From contig NC_045696.1 in the NCBI RefSeq assembly GCF_009834535.1, positions 87,236,001 to 87,300,000 on the forward strand: 64,000 nucleotides of DNA, read 5' to 3'. The notes beneath the pieces are model-generated. The model saw only the letters and a program-made list of their open reading frames with translations, ran no database searches and was not told the DNA's origin. The position numbers were made by a program, and so were the translations under genes. Source of the DNA: Camelus ferus (Eukaryota). Below, piece after piece: positions 38,345-51,030 of this stretch (positions are counted from its first letter, which is position 1; each line of letters starts with the position of its first letter).

Positions 38345-40669
38345 TTGCCAGCAATAATAAACATTTTCTTTCATTGATTTACATGTTCATTAAATAATTT
38401 AATACTGTCTACTTTGTAAAGCTACTGTTACTAATTTTATTGAATTCAGTGTTACTAATTATATGAAAATTAGATTATAAAAGAGTCAAAGAATAGTAAT
38501 TCCAGTAATGTAGAACAAAAACTAGCTAAAACAAACTTAGACCTAAAATGATTTATATCTATACACACACATATATTAAAATTTGCACATAAAGAGTTCA
38601 TACTACAATTTAAATATTTATAATTTCCAATAGGAAATATAGATGTAACAGTAAAATGTTCATAATATGATGCAAATATATTATAATACATGACAACTTA
38701 ATAATAATGAAATATTCGAGAGAATGTGACACTAAGTTCAGCATTTACAAAAATACTTAATTGCTAATCAAAATAAAAACTTATAATTCCTCCCTGTAGA
38801 TATCAAAGCATATTTAAAAGTAGTCTCAAAAATAATACAGAACATAAAGATCACAAGAGATTGGTTCCCCATCTGATATGATTGCTCAATTGAAATGATT
38901 GGCCAGAAAGCAATTCCTGAATCTTGACTGAGATTTTATTATTCTCTTCAGCTAATCATTTGGCTCATAAAAGGACAATTGTTGAGGAGACCTTTTGAAG
39001 TTGGCCAGTCCACACTTATTTATATCCTGACATCCACCAGAGTCAGTTGTACATAACCAACTTGAATACAGAATAATTAAATCACTGGGGATATTTCAAC
39101 TATAGGATATCTTGGGAAATTCACATACTTAATAATGGAGAAAAAAATTGCTAGATTTCTTTATGGTGAACACTTATAATTAATACAATTGGGCATTTAA
39201 ATTGATATTTTAATAGATTAGGCACTAACTTTAGATTAGCTTCAGTGAAGACTGCAGAATCAAGAAAATAACTTGGATAACTTTTAGAAAGTTAATTCTA
39301 GTTTTTCCTTGCTCTCTATTAGAGACAAATATTGAAAATGCACTGTATTCCAAAAGTTAATTAGTATTAAGAAATATAACCTATATAGCCATATACTTGA
39401 TATTTTATTCTTTTCAGTTTCTAATCATGTATTGTTTCAAATCACATTTAGATAATGCTTTTCCTTGTTCTTGAATAGCAAATTGATTATTTTTAATCCC
39501 TGATAATATATTTTCAGTTATTATTACATTCTTCTGTTTCATACATTCAGAGAAGAACAGCAATCATTAAGACTTAGTTTGATTTCGTTTTCTGTTTTAA
39601 GTGTCAGGTATAAAAAAATACTTTACAGCACAGCTATAAACCGTGTCAATATGATTAAAGGAGCAGTTGTTTTTGCTATAAATAGTATTCTCTAGCAACT
39701 CAGTAGTTCTGCAGATGACATTTACCCTACTAAAGCAATAAAATTAATCATGTGGTGGAAAATTTACATCTCATAAGAAAAAAACCCGGTAAATTCTAAA
39801 TTAAGTTAGTGTTGAAACTTTCTATCTTCTTTTTTTCCATTAAAAATGTATTTGATATAACAGAGGTTGCTGTCTAAGATTAGTATTCAAAAAATGCCTC
39901 TGTGCTTACTTAGCTGCCTCAGCACTTTAGTACTAAAGTTAAAAATAAGTAATAAAAACCAAATGAGATTGTTCAGTAGGTGCAGCTGGTCACTATTACA
40001 GAATCACAGTATAAGCAATATTGTTCACAAAGTATTCCTGTCTCTGAACATTTTCTTACAAGCATTCCCACTACTCAATATCTAATAATATGCCTATTCT
40101 GTAAATTAGTCAGGTTTAGTATTATAGATATGAGTGTTAGCAATGTTTTGTATCATTGAAAAGGTCCTAAATAGATTGAAACCTAGTTTATCCACAAAGA
40201 AAAGAAGAGAACAAGAAGAAAAAAAGCAGATCATAGGGCTTTAGAATCTTTGATTACTTATTGATGGTAAGTTTTATTTCCAGAATGAAGAAAATTGCAT
40301 CTACAGTGCTGATTCCAGCTACACTAAGGAAAGAATTGCATTTAATTGGAAGTCATTTCCTCTGAAATTATTTCCAACCCTAGGTCAACAATTTCATATA
40401 ATCTACTTGCTGGAGGGTATATTTTAGTTGCCTGATTAGACTACATTACCTGGATACACCTTGGAAGTCACTGAACACTTAACCCTCTGGTGTTTAAGTT
40501 ATTTTGCAGAATAATGGACTATAAATAAATGTAGCTATGCTTATGCTAAAAGTTAAAACTAGAAAACTGAGCACACTTTTCTGCATAGGTATTCAGAATA
40601 AAAGCAATCTAAGTCAGGATTTCATCAAAATTTTTGTATAGCATTTCTGTTTAAAAATGACAGTAGGGG

Positions 40670-40837
40670 ATACATACTTGGTAGGGGAGGTACCATGATC
40701 CTGAAGGTGGTTTTCCCAGGGCAAGGCTTATCCACTGCACTCTGGATGTGCTGACGCCTATGATTTCCCCAAATGTGGGAAACTCAACTGCTTAATTTGT
40801 GGTAGGAGTGGACTGTGTTAATTCACACTTTCCTCTG
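40670..40837 (+). pseudogene. RNU1: U1 snRNA retropseudogene, full length
   Basis: atacatacttggtaggggaggtaccatgatcctgaaggtggttttcccagggcaaggcttatccactgcac...aatttgtgg (Sm site)...ctttcctctg is colinear with U1. It has a short A tail and a 17-bp TSD aaaaatgacagtagggg (40653-40669, 40848-40864) at a tt/aaaa site. Confidence 0.97.
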
Positions 40838-42879
40838 GGGGAAAAAAAAAAATGACAGTAGGGGGAAGATGCATGAGACATTGCATAATAATGAATCAGC
40901 CTTTTGGAGCACTAATGCACATTTGGAGATAGATAAGTAGATAGAACACCATTAACAAAGCCAGTGGAAGGATTTCACTTCCACAAAGATGCAAGAAACA
41001 TATTTTTGAATACTTCTCATATTGAGTACCCCTAAGACCCCTAGACATTATATTAAAACCAATCTAAGACTTTGAAAAGGTAAGATAAGAAGGCAGAATG
41101 ATGGCTAAGGGCCTTGCAACTGAACTGGTGAGTTCCTTAAGTATTGTTTTTGCCAAGATTCCCGGACTTGGTGCTGAAAGAGCTACCGACCCAGAGATGC
41201 AAATGGCAGCACCAAAAAACAAGCACAACAAAAAAACGAAACCAAAAAAAAAAAAAAAAAAAAAAATCCAGGAAAGGGACAGCTTAAGAAGACAGAAATC
41301 TTTTAGACAATAACTGCTAGATTGCAGACAAACAGCACCAGAAATACCGCCCCCTCCTATCCAAACCACCAAAGGTTGAGTAAAGAGGCAAGATTTCCAC
41401 CCCTCACAGAGCTATAATGCAGCTCTTCAATCCACCCCTCACACATGCCCGGGTGGTATCCCAGAGACATACAAACTAAAAAGAAAATATGGAAAGCAGT
41501 GAGACAGAAACAAAGCCTCACCTCGTAGGGGAAAACAACTCAAATGAAAGTAGATTTCTCATTAGAAACCGTGGAGACTAGAAGGAAGTGGTACCTCATT
41601 TTTCAAGCCCTTAAAGAAAAGAACTGGTAACACAGAATCCTTTATCAAGTTAAAATGTCCTTCAGGAATGAAAAGGAAATCAAGATATTTCAAATAAAGA
41701 AAAACTCTGAGAATCTGTTGCCAGTAAACTCACCCTTAAAGAATGGGTAAGGAGGAAACTTGAAACATCCGGAAGGAATAAAGAACGATAGGGAAAAGTA
41801 AGTACAGGTGAATAGAATAGATTTTCCTTCCTTTGAGTTTTCAAAATTTTGCCTGCTGGTTGAAGCAAGAATTATAGCAATGCCTGACTGATGTAGTTCT
41901 AAATGTATATAGGATAAACACTTGAAGCAATTATAAACAGGGAAGAGTAAAGGAATGATAAGAGAAGTAAGGTTTCTACACTTCATTCAAGCTCTAAAAT
42001 GATAGCAACAATACATTCTAATTAACATAATGTAATAAATACGTGTGTATACATAACATGTATTTTGTCTGATATAATGTAATACTTAAATATGGTGTAT
42101 AATATATACATTGTATCTGAACTAATGTAATACTTAAAGCAACCACTAGAAAAGCTATGAAAAGAGACAGACTAAAAAAATAACCCACTAAAAATAAATC
42201 AAAATGGAATTCTACTAAGAGTTAAAGAAACTCACAAGAAGGCAGAGGGGAAAAACAGAGGAACCAAAAAATCCACAAACCTCCCCCCTACCCTGCAAAA
42301 TTTAAGTAGCATACTTACATTCTAATATGCAATAATTATATTAAGTGCAATTAGTCTAAATTTGCCAATTGAGAAAGAGATTAGCAAAATGGATGTAAAA
42401 CATGACCCAACTGCATACTGTTTAAAAGAAACTCACTTCAATTATAACAAATTAGGCAGGTGAAAGTAAAAGGATAGAAATAGATATCTCAAGCAAACAT
42501 TAATAAAAAGAAAGTGGGAATACTTGGACTGCTATCTCTTTAGAGCAAAGAAAATTACTCCATACAGAGAGGGACTTCTATGTAATGATAAACGTGTCAA
42601 TCCATCAAAAACACATTATTGTCCTAAATGTGTCTGCACCAAACAACTGAGCTGTAAAATATGACAAGAAAACTGATAGGACTAGAAAGATAAATAGAAA
42701 AGTACATAATTAAAGCATATCAACACCTTGATTTTGGAATGGGAATTTCTGCAACTTATACTGTGCCATCCTGTGATGGTATTTTAAAACAGATAACGTG
42801 TCTTCTAGTTTTGAAAATTTTGCCTGAGGATGGACTGTAACCATAGTCTCATCCATATCTGATTTGAATTCTTTAGATG

Positions 42880-43208
42880 ATCAGAAGGAAGGAGATTGAT
42901 ACACACAGGCATAAGAAAACATAAACGTGGATCTGAGAAAGGTTTGAAAATACCAGTTTTGAAAATTGAAGTGATGCACCCAGAAGCCAAGGAATCCCTC
43001 CACCCACCAGGAGCTGAAGGAGGGAGGCAAGTAACAGATTTCACCCCACAGCCCCCAGGAGGAGTGTGACTCTGCCAAACCTTGGTTTCAGTCCAGCAGG
43101 ACTGATTTCAGACTTCTGCTCTCCCAACATGTGAGAGAATACATTTTTGTTGCTCAAAGCCACTGAATCCATGGTAATTTGTTACAGCACCAGTAAGAGA
43201 CTGATATA
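42880..43208 (+). mobile_element. MaLR LTR (MLT1C/D-like), 3' portion
   Basis: aagccaaggaat...ccaccaggagctgaagg...actgatttcagacttctg...atggtaatttgttacagcac...gactgatata. Confidence 0.85.
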
Positions 43209-45770
43209 GATACCATCAACCAACAGAACCTAATCAACATTTATAGAACATCTCATCCAACAACAGAATAAAAATTCCTTGCAAGTTCCCATGGGACATG
43301 CACGAAGATAGATCATATCCTGAAACAAATCTCAATAAATATAAAAGAATTTAAATCATACAGGATATGGTCATCACCCACAATGGTACTGAAGTAGAAA
43401 TCGTTAACACAAAAATAATGGGAAAGCCTCCAAACACTTGGAAACTAAACAATACATTTCCAAATCATCCATGGGTTAAAGACAAAGACATATGGAAAAG
43501 AAAAAAATTCACTGAAATAAATGTAAAAGAAAAGATTATCAAAATTTCTCAGTCACAACACAAGAGGTGTTGAGAAAGTTACGGCACTTAAATGCACACC
43601 ACCAGTAAAGAGGAAACGTCATAAATCAATAATCTAGGCTCCTACCTCAAGAACCTAGGAAATGAAGAGCAAAAGAAACTCAAAGCACGCAAAAGGAAGG
43701 AAACAAGTAGAGAAACAAATGAAATTTAAAACAGAAAAAAAAGTTGGAAAAAAAACAATAAAATGAAGAGTTGTTTCTTTGAAAAGATCAATGTAATCGA
43801 CAGACCTTCAGCAACTGACAAAAGGGAGAAGACAGAAATGATCAATCTCAGGAATGAAACAGGGCAATATAACAGATACTGTAGACATAGAAATTATATT
43901 AAAGCAATAATATGAACAACTCTACACATATAAACGTGACAACTTAGATGAAATGGACCTAATTCTCAAAAAGTAAAAACACAGATCACCCAAAATGTTT
44001 AGATAACTCAAATAACCCTGTACTTACTATGGAAAATAAATTTGTAATCAATAAAAACAACAATGAAAAAAATCTTCAGGCCTAGATGTCTTCATTAAGG
44101 AATTCTGTCAAACCATGAAAGAATTAAGACCAATAGTACATGATCTCCTCTACAAAATACAGGAGGAGGGGCCATTTCAAAGATCATTAATGAAGCTAGT
44201 ATTATCCTGGTACTATCTTTGTATCAGGATACCAGGTATGAGTGAAGAAAATCACAGAATAATATAAATGTAAAAATCCTTATAAAATATTAGCCAATTG
44301 AATTCAAGTATAGATGTATATGTGTGTGTACTTTATATGCATTTATATGTATAAAGAATTTTATACCATAAAATAGTGGAGTTTATTTCAGGAGTGCAAG
44401 AGTCTATATTAGAAATATCAATCTATGTATGTTAACTATATGAACATGTTATATAATAAAATTAAATGGCCGTATCAATTGATGAAAGTATTTGACAAAA
44501 TCCAATACTGATCCGGGTATAAAATTCTCAGAAATAAAGGAATAGAAGGAAACTACTTCTACTGATAAACAGCATTTACAAAAAAATAAGTAAAAACTAC
44601 TATAATTAACGTGCTTAACAGAAACAAATGGAATGCCTTTCCCTAATATTGGGAACAAAGCAAGCTGTCTGCTCTCATCACTCTTAAAGTGCTGGAAGTT
44701 CTAGGCAGTGCAACAGGCAAGAAAAGAAGTAAGTGGCATACAGACTGAAAGAAGAAATCAAAGTCTATTTATAGATGGCATAATTATCTACATAGAAAAT
44801 CAAAATGCATTTACCAAAAATTCCTGAAATTAATAAAAGAGCCCTGTATGTTCACTGCATACAGGATAAGCATTCAAAACTCAGTTGCATTCTTGTATAC
44901 TAGCAATCAACACAGATTATGAAATTAACAATGTAATACCATTTATAATTGCTCAAAAGTGAGAAAAATTAGGTGGAAATTTAGCAAAACATGTATACGA
45001 CTTGGATGTTGAAAACTACAAAATGGTGATTCAAAAACCAAAGATCTAAATAAATGGAGAGACATACTGTGAAGGCCTCATAGTAAAGATGTCAGTTCTT
45101 CCCCAAACTGATATATATGATTAGTGCAATTCCTGTGAAATTCTCAGCAAGAAATTTTGGCAGTATGGACAAGATTATGCCAAATACATATGGAAAGTCA
45201 GGAGAACCAGTATAGTTAAAATAATACTTGAAAAGCAAATAGAATGAGAGGAATCAGTCCACTCAATTTTAAGGCTTATCATATAGCTACAGTAATCAAA
45301 TATGTGTGGGTTTTCAGAGGGATAGAGACAGACCTTGTGAGAATAAAGAGTCCAGAAATAGACCCACACAAATATGCTCAAATAACTTGAACAAAAATAC
45401 AGAACTCAATGAAGGCAAGATAATCTTTTCAGTAAATTATTCTAGAGCAAGGTTATATCCATACATAGACAAAATAAAGGGGGAAAACCATGACCTATGT
45501 CTCACTTCTTTTAAAAATAATAACTCAAAATAAATCATGGACAGAAATGTAAAATGTAAAACTACAAAATTTCCACGCAAAAAAAATTAGAATCTCAAGA
45601 ATTTAGGGCTGCTCAAAATGTTCTTTTACATGACATTATTCATGAAAGCAAAAAATGAAAACTGGACTTCATCAAAATTATGAACTTTTACTCTGTGAAA
45701 GACCTTGTTAAAAGATAACACAAACTACAGAGTAGGAAAAAATATTCTCAAACCACATATCCTATACAGA

Positions 45771-45792
45771 GTGTGTGTGTGTGTGTGTGTGT
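45771..45792. repeat. (GT)11 microsatellite
   Basis: Direct count. Confidence 0.95.
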
Positions 45793-47524
45793 ATGTATAT
45801 ATGATATAAATCTTAAAAAACACAAGAGTTAAAAAAACGTATCAATTATAAAATAGGAAGAGATTTCACTAAAGAGGATATACAGATATTAAATAAGCAC
45901 CAAAAAGATGTTCAATATCATTAACCATTAAGAAAATACAAATTAAAACTGCGATAATGTATTACCACTCACTAATCAGAATGGCTAAAATAAGTACTGA
46001 CAACACCAGATGCTGGCAAGGATACACAGAAACTGGATCACTCATATGTTGCTGGTGGGAATGTAAAATATTACAGCCACTCTGAAAAACAATCACACAG
46101 TTTCTCAAAAAACTAAACATGGAGCCACTATAAGATCCAGGAGTTGCACCCCTAGGCATTTATCCCAGAGAAATGAAAACTTACATTCAGACACACCAAT
46201 ATGTAAACGAGTGTATGTAGTTGCTTTAGTCATAATCAAACACACACAATGTCCTTCAATGGGTGAACAGTTAAACAAACTATGGTTTATCCATACCATG
46301 GAATACTAGTCAACAATAAAAAGGAATATATATGCAACAATATGGGTTGATATCTAGAGAACTGTGCTGAGTAAAATATGCAAGTCCCAAGGGCTACCAA
46401 CTATATGATTCTACTTATACAATAACCTTGAAATGACAATATTATAGAAAAAGAGACAGTATTACAGACATGTCAGGAAATAGGAGGGTGTGTGGGCAGA
46501 AGGGAATTGAGTGTTATAAGACAGTAATATGGAGGATCCTTGTGATGAAACTGTTCTGCATTTTGACTTCATCAACATTAATATCCTGGTTGTGATACTG
46601 TATTACAGTTTCACAAGATGATACCATTGGGGTAACCTGGGTAAAGGGTACACCAGATCTCACTGTATTATTTCTTACAACTTCGTGCCTGTCTATAATT
46701 ACCTTAATATTAAAAGTTTAATTTCAAACATATTTTTTAAAAGCCAACAGAAGTGGATTTGTAGGAAAGTGAGCCTGAAACACCAATATTCATTATTAAC
46801 TTGTTGGTTTCTTTGAGATCTTCACTCTGTGAGACAGATATTTAGAATGGAGTTCATTCAGAATTCATTTTGCCTCATAAATGATGTTTTGTCAAAGGTC
46901 TATTTAGGCATTGCTTTTTGTAACTGCTATTCAAAAGCTTAAATCCTATAATCATCAGAATGGAAGAAAAGCTAATCAAATATTAGAGGGGAGTTTGATG
47001 TTACCAATTTGAGGGTTGTAGAGAAAATATTTTTATGTTTTTGTACAATTAAGTGTCTCTGAGCAAAGTTTACTAGAACATAGGATTGGGGCTAAATGAT
47101 ATGCCTTAGAAGTTAATTTATGACTGATTAGCTAGTGAGAACTCCAAAGAGATTTACTGCTCTAGAGACACATATTTATATTTTCAAAGGGGCATGGGAC
47201 CCTGGTGACTTCCTTGGGTTGTAAAGCTGGAGGCACTAGTTTTATCTCCCCCTTGAAGAAATTTATTTACATTACGAAGCATGAGGACCAAGGATTCTTC
47301 TCATTGTATTTCTAAGTAGACTTAGAAAGGGAGATACCAGCTGCCATTCAACCCTAATAATTGCACAGATTCATTTTTGGAGCATTCCTTACTTATAATC
47401 CTGATCTGATACATATGTATGATAGATATGTATTATGTAACATGTAAAAAGTAGCATGATTCACATGTCAGAAATGAGAAAGGCAAGTATATACAGAAAG
47501 AATGTGTATGTGTATATACAAGGT

Positions 47525-47751
47525 ATGGAACAGTCCACAAGACTACCATCGTTTGTGACACCAGTGGTAGTGGTCCAGTTGATACCACATGACCCAGAAA
47601 TCACACTGTGAGACTACCTGGCATTTCAATGGTCCCTAAGTAAACAAAGACTTATCAGGCAGGACATTCTTAGGGGTTAATGACTGCCTCCCTGGAACTG
47701 AGCACAAAGGCCAGGCTTCTCTTTGGGCAACGTTAAATTCTTTACTTCACA
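47525..47751 (-). mobile_element. MER21-like LTR, internally deleted
   Basis: ccacaagactacc...tgacacca and cttatcaggcaggacattc...caaaggccagg..tctctttggg...aattctttacttcaca. Confidence 0.7.
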
Positions 47752-47770
47752 GTATGTATGCATTTTTATA

Positions 47771-48079
47771 CAAGTATACTTCATTTCATTGTGCTTCAAT
47801 TTATTGCACTTTGCAGATACAGTATTTTTTACAAATTGAATGTCTGCAGTAACCCTGTGCAGAGCAAGTCAATTTATGCTGTTTCTTCAGCAGCATTATT
47901 TTTCAATTGAGGTATGTACATATTTTAGACACAAAGCTATAGCATACTTAATAGATTATTTATACTTTGTGTATGCACTGGGAAACAAACAGAAAAAATT
48001 CAATGACTGTCTTTATTTAGGTATTAGCTTTACTATGGTGATCTGGAACCAAACCTGCAATATCTCCAACATACGCTTA
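47771..48079 (+). mobile_element. Tigger1 internal-deletion derivative
   Basis: Left end ta|caagtatacttcatttcattgtgcttcaatttattgcactttgcagata and right end tctggaaccaaacctgcaatatctccaacatacgctta match both Tigger1 termini. Confidence 0.88.
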
Positions 48080-48849
48080 CAGATAAAATTTCTATGAAAC
48101 TTAAGGTTTCCAAAAGATCTGGGCCACATACTTTTCAGAATCTCCCTTTGATTTGTAATAAATTTAAGACCAGTGCTATCAATAACTTCCTTTTATAACT
48201 GGGGAAAAAAAGGATTTATACTTTTGTGTGAAGTTGAGATCATGTGTTTCAATATAACTCAACTATTAGAACTTAAAACTTAGATGATCTTAATCAATCT
48301 AACTTGTTTATTTCAGTAATGATTGCCCAGAAAATAAGTCCATAAACCAATAAATAATTTTACAATTTGCCTTAGCAAGTTCGTGAAAACCAATTTATCC
48401 AGGCAAATAGTTTGCTCATCTGGGCAACAATTGCCCTATTGGGTGATACATTACACAACTAAGGAAACTGCTCACTTTTCAAAAAATAGATTGCTCACCA
48501 AGACCTCTTACTATATTCACCAATCCTAAACTTAAATGAAATTATTCATTTGAAAAATACCTTATAGTGAAAAAAAAAAAGAAGCAAAACCCCAAACATC
48601 CCATGGTCTGCTTTTTAACCAGTAGGGCACATTTTAACTGATATTGAGAATGCTTTCAAATAAATTCAAATCACGAAATTATTTTTTAATTATGTAACCA
48701 AGGCAAATAAAAATATGTGAAAAATAAGTATCTCTTTTACATTCCCCAAACAATAAATTTAATTAAACCATATCCCTTCCGTTATCCTATATACTGCCAT
48801 ACTCTCTGCCCCTACCTTTCCATCTGACTAATTTACCTACCTTGCTGAC

Positions 48850-49670
48850 CATCCAGGAATTCCCAATGCCTAACTGCCTTTAAAGTTGAGTCATAATTAG
48901 AATACAGCAAGCTGCTGATAGCTTATTTTAAGCCCTTGTCTTGTAATAGGTGAGAACTATTTTTAACATCCCCAAACCTAGAAAGATAAACAGAAATTTA
49001 TAGAAGAATTTAGAATAGTTTTAAGAATATAATCCTGGAAACTCACATGAAAATAATGGATGCCAAATGCAGAGGATGGAAATCCTAAGATTGACTAAGA
49101 GATCCTAGTTTGCATACGGAACTAAAATGGTTTCAAAAAACTGAAAATGCTAGATAATATTTTTGGAGATTCTCTCCAACATCTTTCCTGTGAAAGTAGG
49201 TTATATTTTAATACAGTCCTGCAAGCAAAGAAAGACGAATCCTTAGATGATTTCAGGAATAGGTTAACTCTTTCATGCAATAGTCAGATGTAAATCCTTA
49301 AACAGATGTGTTGAATCTTTCTCTTTGTGTTTTGTGACTAGCCTTAAGCTAGAAAGAGAGAAGTTAAAATGCAGCAAAATCTGAAATGGGGAGAACAAAG
49401 TCCTATTGCTAGATCTCTTAACTACTTTCTGAACATTTTTAAAGGGTCTTAGAATAAAAGTACAATAAAACCCAAGAAGAACTGATGCCCAATGGCCTTA
49501 AAAATGAAACAGTGAGCTGCTTCCATCCAGTCATTATGTACCAGGGGACAGAGCCTTTTGAAAAAGACACCTGCAGCAGCTGCAAGCAGAAAATAACAAT
49601 GGGTAAATAATTGTCCTGTGTTCGCTAAGAAACTGAAGAAGAAATAAAGTTAAGCAACTGATCAATGAAG
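48850..49670 (+). pseudogene. gag: Endogenous retrovirus gag remnant (capsid with major homology region, decayed zinc knuckle)
   Basis: PKPRKD/QKFIEEFRIVL (about 48971-49023), IQSCKQ/KDESLDDFRNRL (about 49211-49266) and DTCSSCKQK/QWVNNCP (about 49566-49617), with frameshifts and stops. Confidence 0.75.
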
Positions 49671-49689
49671 GTGTTCTGTATGGGAACCT

Positions 49690-51030
49690 GGTACCCAGTT
49701 TCCTGTTTTACCTTTAAACAATCTTGGAGAAATTTGTGTAAATATTAATCGACAACTCTCTAAATTTTTGATAGAGGTAGGTATAGAATATGAACCTTAA
49801 ACACCTGTCACTGTTACACAAACTCTGCCTCAGTGTTTGTTTCTAATAACCCACAAATGCTTTGCTGCCCCAGCCTGTAATCTTTACACTGGTGTCCCTT
49901 TACAACAAGATAATACATATTTACATTTTCTTTTTCTGGAAAACACAACACTATATTGAGACAGTTATGTTTCTGGAGTTTACTGAGGCACTGTCCTACT
50001 TTTCAAAGCCTTCAGCCAAGGAAGGACCCTGAGGATCTTTAGATTTCACTGAAATACTAGCAGTATCCTAGTATGTAAGTGACCTCTTGGTGTGTTCTAA
50101 ATATGAGGTGATCTCTAAGATTGATTACAGTGATCTACCTGCTTTTTTAGCTCAGAAAGAACTTACAGATTCATGCTTTAATAGTATCAAAAGAAATAGG
50201 TCCCCTAGGATATGATGTATACCTGAGAGGTAAATTCCTAAATGTTTGGAAATGTATCCAAACATTTCCATTCAAATCTCCTTTTACTACCAAAAGGTAA
50301 AACTCAGAAGTGCCCTAGCATCTTTCAGACAATTGTCCACATTCCAAGTACATTTATGAAAAATTCCTCCTCTAGGAAATTTTGCATTTTGAAGTAACAT
50401 ACTCTGTGATAGGAACAGAAAAAATATGAGGCAGCACACAATACAACAAATCTAAACTCACCCCTAGAATATGTCTCCTTGCCAGACAGAAATCTCTGTT
50501 GAGGTTGCAAAACTCATCACTTACTCAGCTTGCTGAGTATCTAGAAATAATAGATAATATATTCACTGATAGTAGAAATGCTTTTATGGTATCCCATAAT
50601 TTGGAATATTACAAAGACCATGAGATTTCTTGATCTCAGAGAAAAGAATAAAGATCTTTTAAGTGCTCTAATGCCTATATTTATAAGGGTAAAAGGCTTA
50701 TACAAAAAGGAGTAACAGCCAGGAAGTGCCTTTGCTGATCTTCATACCAGATAGGCAGCAATCACTAAGACCTTGCCTGGTAATACTCCAAAGTGCTCTT
50801 TGGAGAGTTTCAAAGAACCCATTATGGTTCAGCAATTTTCTCCTGAATCAGAAAAGAGATATTTGGGAAAATACCATTATACCTAACATGATGATCATCT
50901 CTAGGGCTTTTAGGACAGATTTGACAATACCAGAGGGCATGAAATGGAATCTTGCAAAGAATTTACATCAAATTACCCACCATAGCAAAAACAAATTGCC
51001 AGTATACTCAAATCACCATCAGTAATCTGC
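49690..51030 (+). pseudogene. pol: Endogenous retrovirus pro-pol remnant (protease, RT, RNase H, integrase N-terminus), internally deleted
   Basis: LPLNNLGEICVNINRQLSKFLIEVG (decayed LIDTG), FWKTQHYIETVMFLEFTEALSYFS (decayed WTVMPQGF motif), YVSDLLVCS (decayed YVDD), NIFTDSRNAFMVSH (RNase H), and LAKNLHQITHHSKNK (start of the integrase HHCC finger). Confidence 0.8.

Larger units (their letters stand above)
41010..46730 (+). mobile_element. Near full-length old L1 (L1MC1/2-like 3' end), degenerate, interrupted by an MLT1 LTR
   Basis: 5' UTR-like start, ORF1 remnant (gaaggaagtgg...aaagaaaagaactgg), ORF2 text at 42330-46330 (e.g. PPNTWKLNNTFPNHPWVK), and 3' end ctgtattatttcttacaac...aaaagtttaattt. 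Confidence 0.9.

Noticed and set aside
40260..40272. Isolated strong donors (gatg|gtaagt here, also ctgag|gtaagt near 59227)
   Set aside because: No convincing upstream acceptor or open frame; such words are expected by chance in 64 kb.
40670..40837. Functional U1 snRNA gene
   Set aside because: The TSD, A tail, CpG decay, damaged 3' stem-loop and lack of an evident PSE or 3' box indicate a retrocopy.
46750..47360. Possible additional LTR
   Set aside because: Only vague similarity (tctcccccttgaagaaatttatttacatt); I could not define termini or a family.
47525..47751. MER21-like LTR as the 5' LTR of the downstream provirus
   Set aside because: It appears to be in the opposite orientation to gag-pol-env, is about 1 kb away with a Tigger1 derivative in between, and has no matching copy after env.
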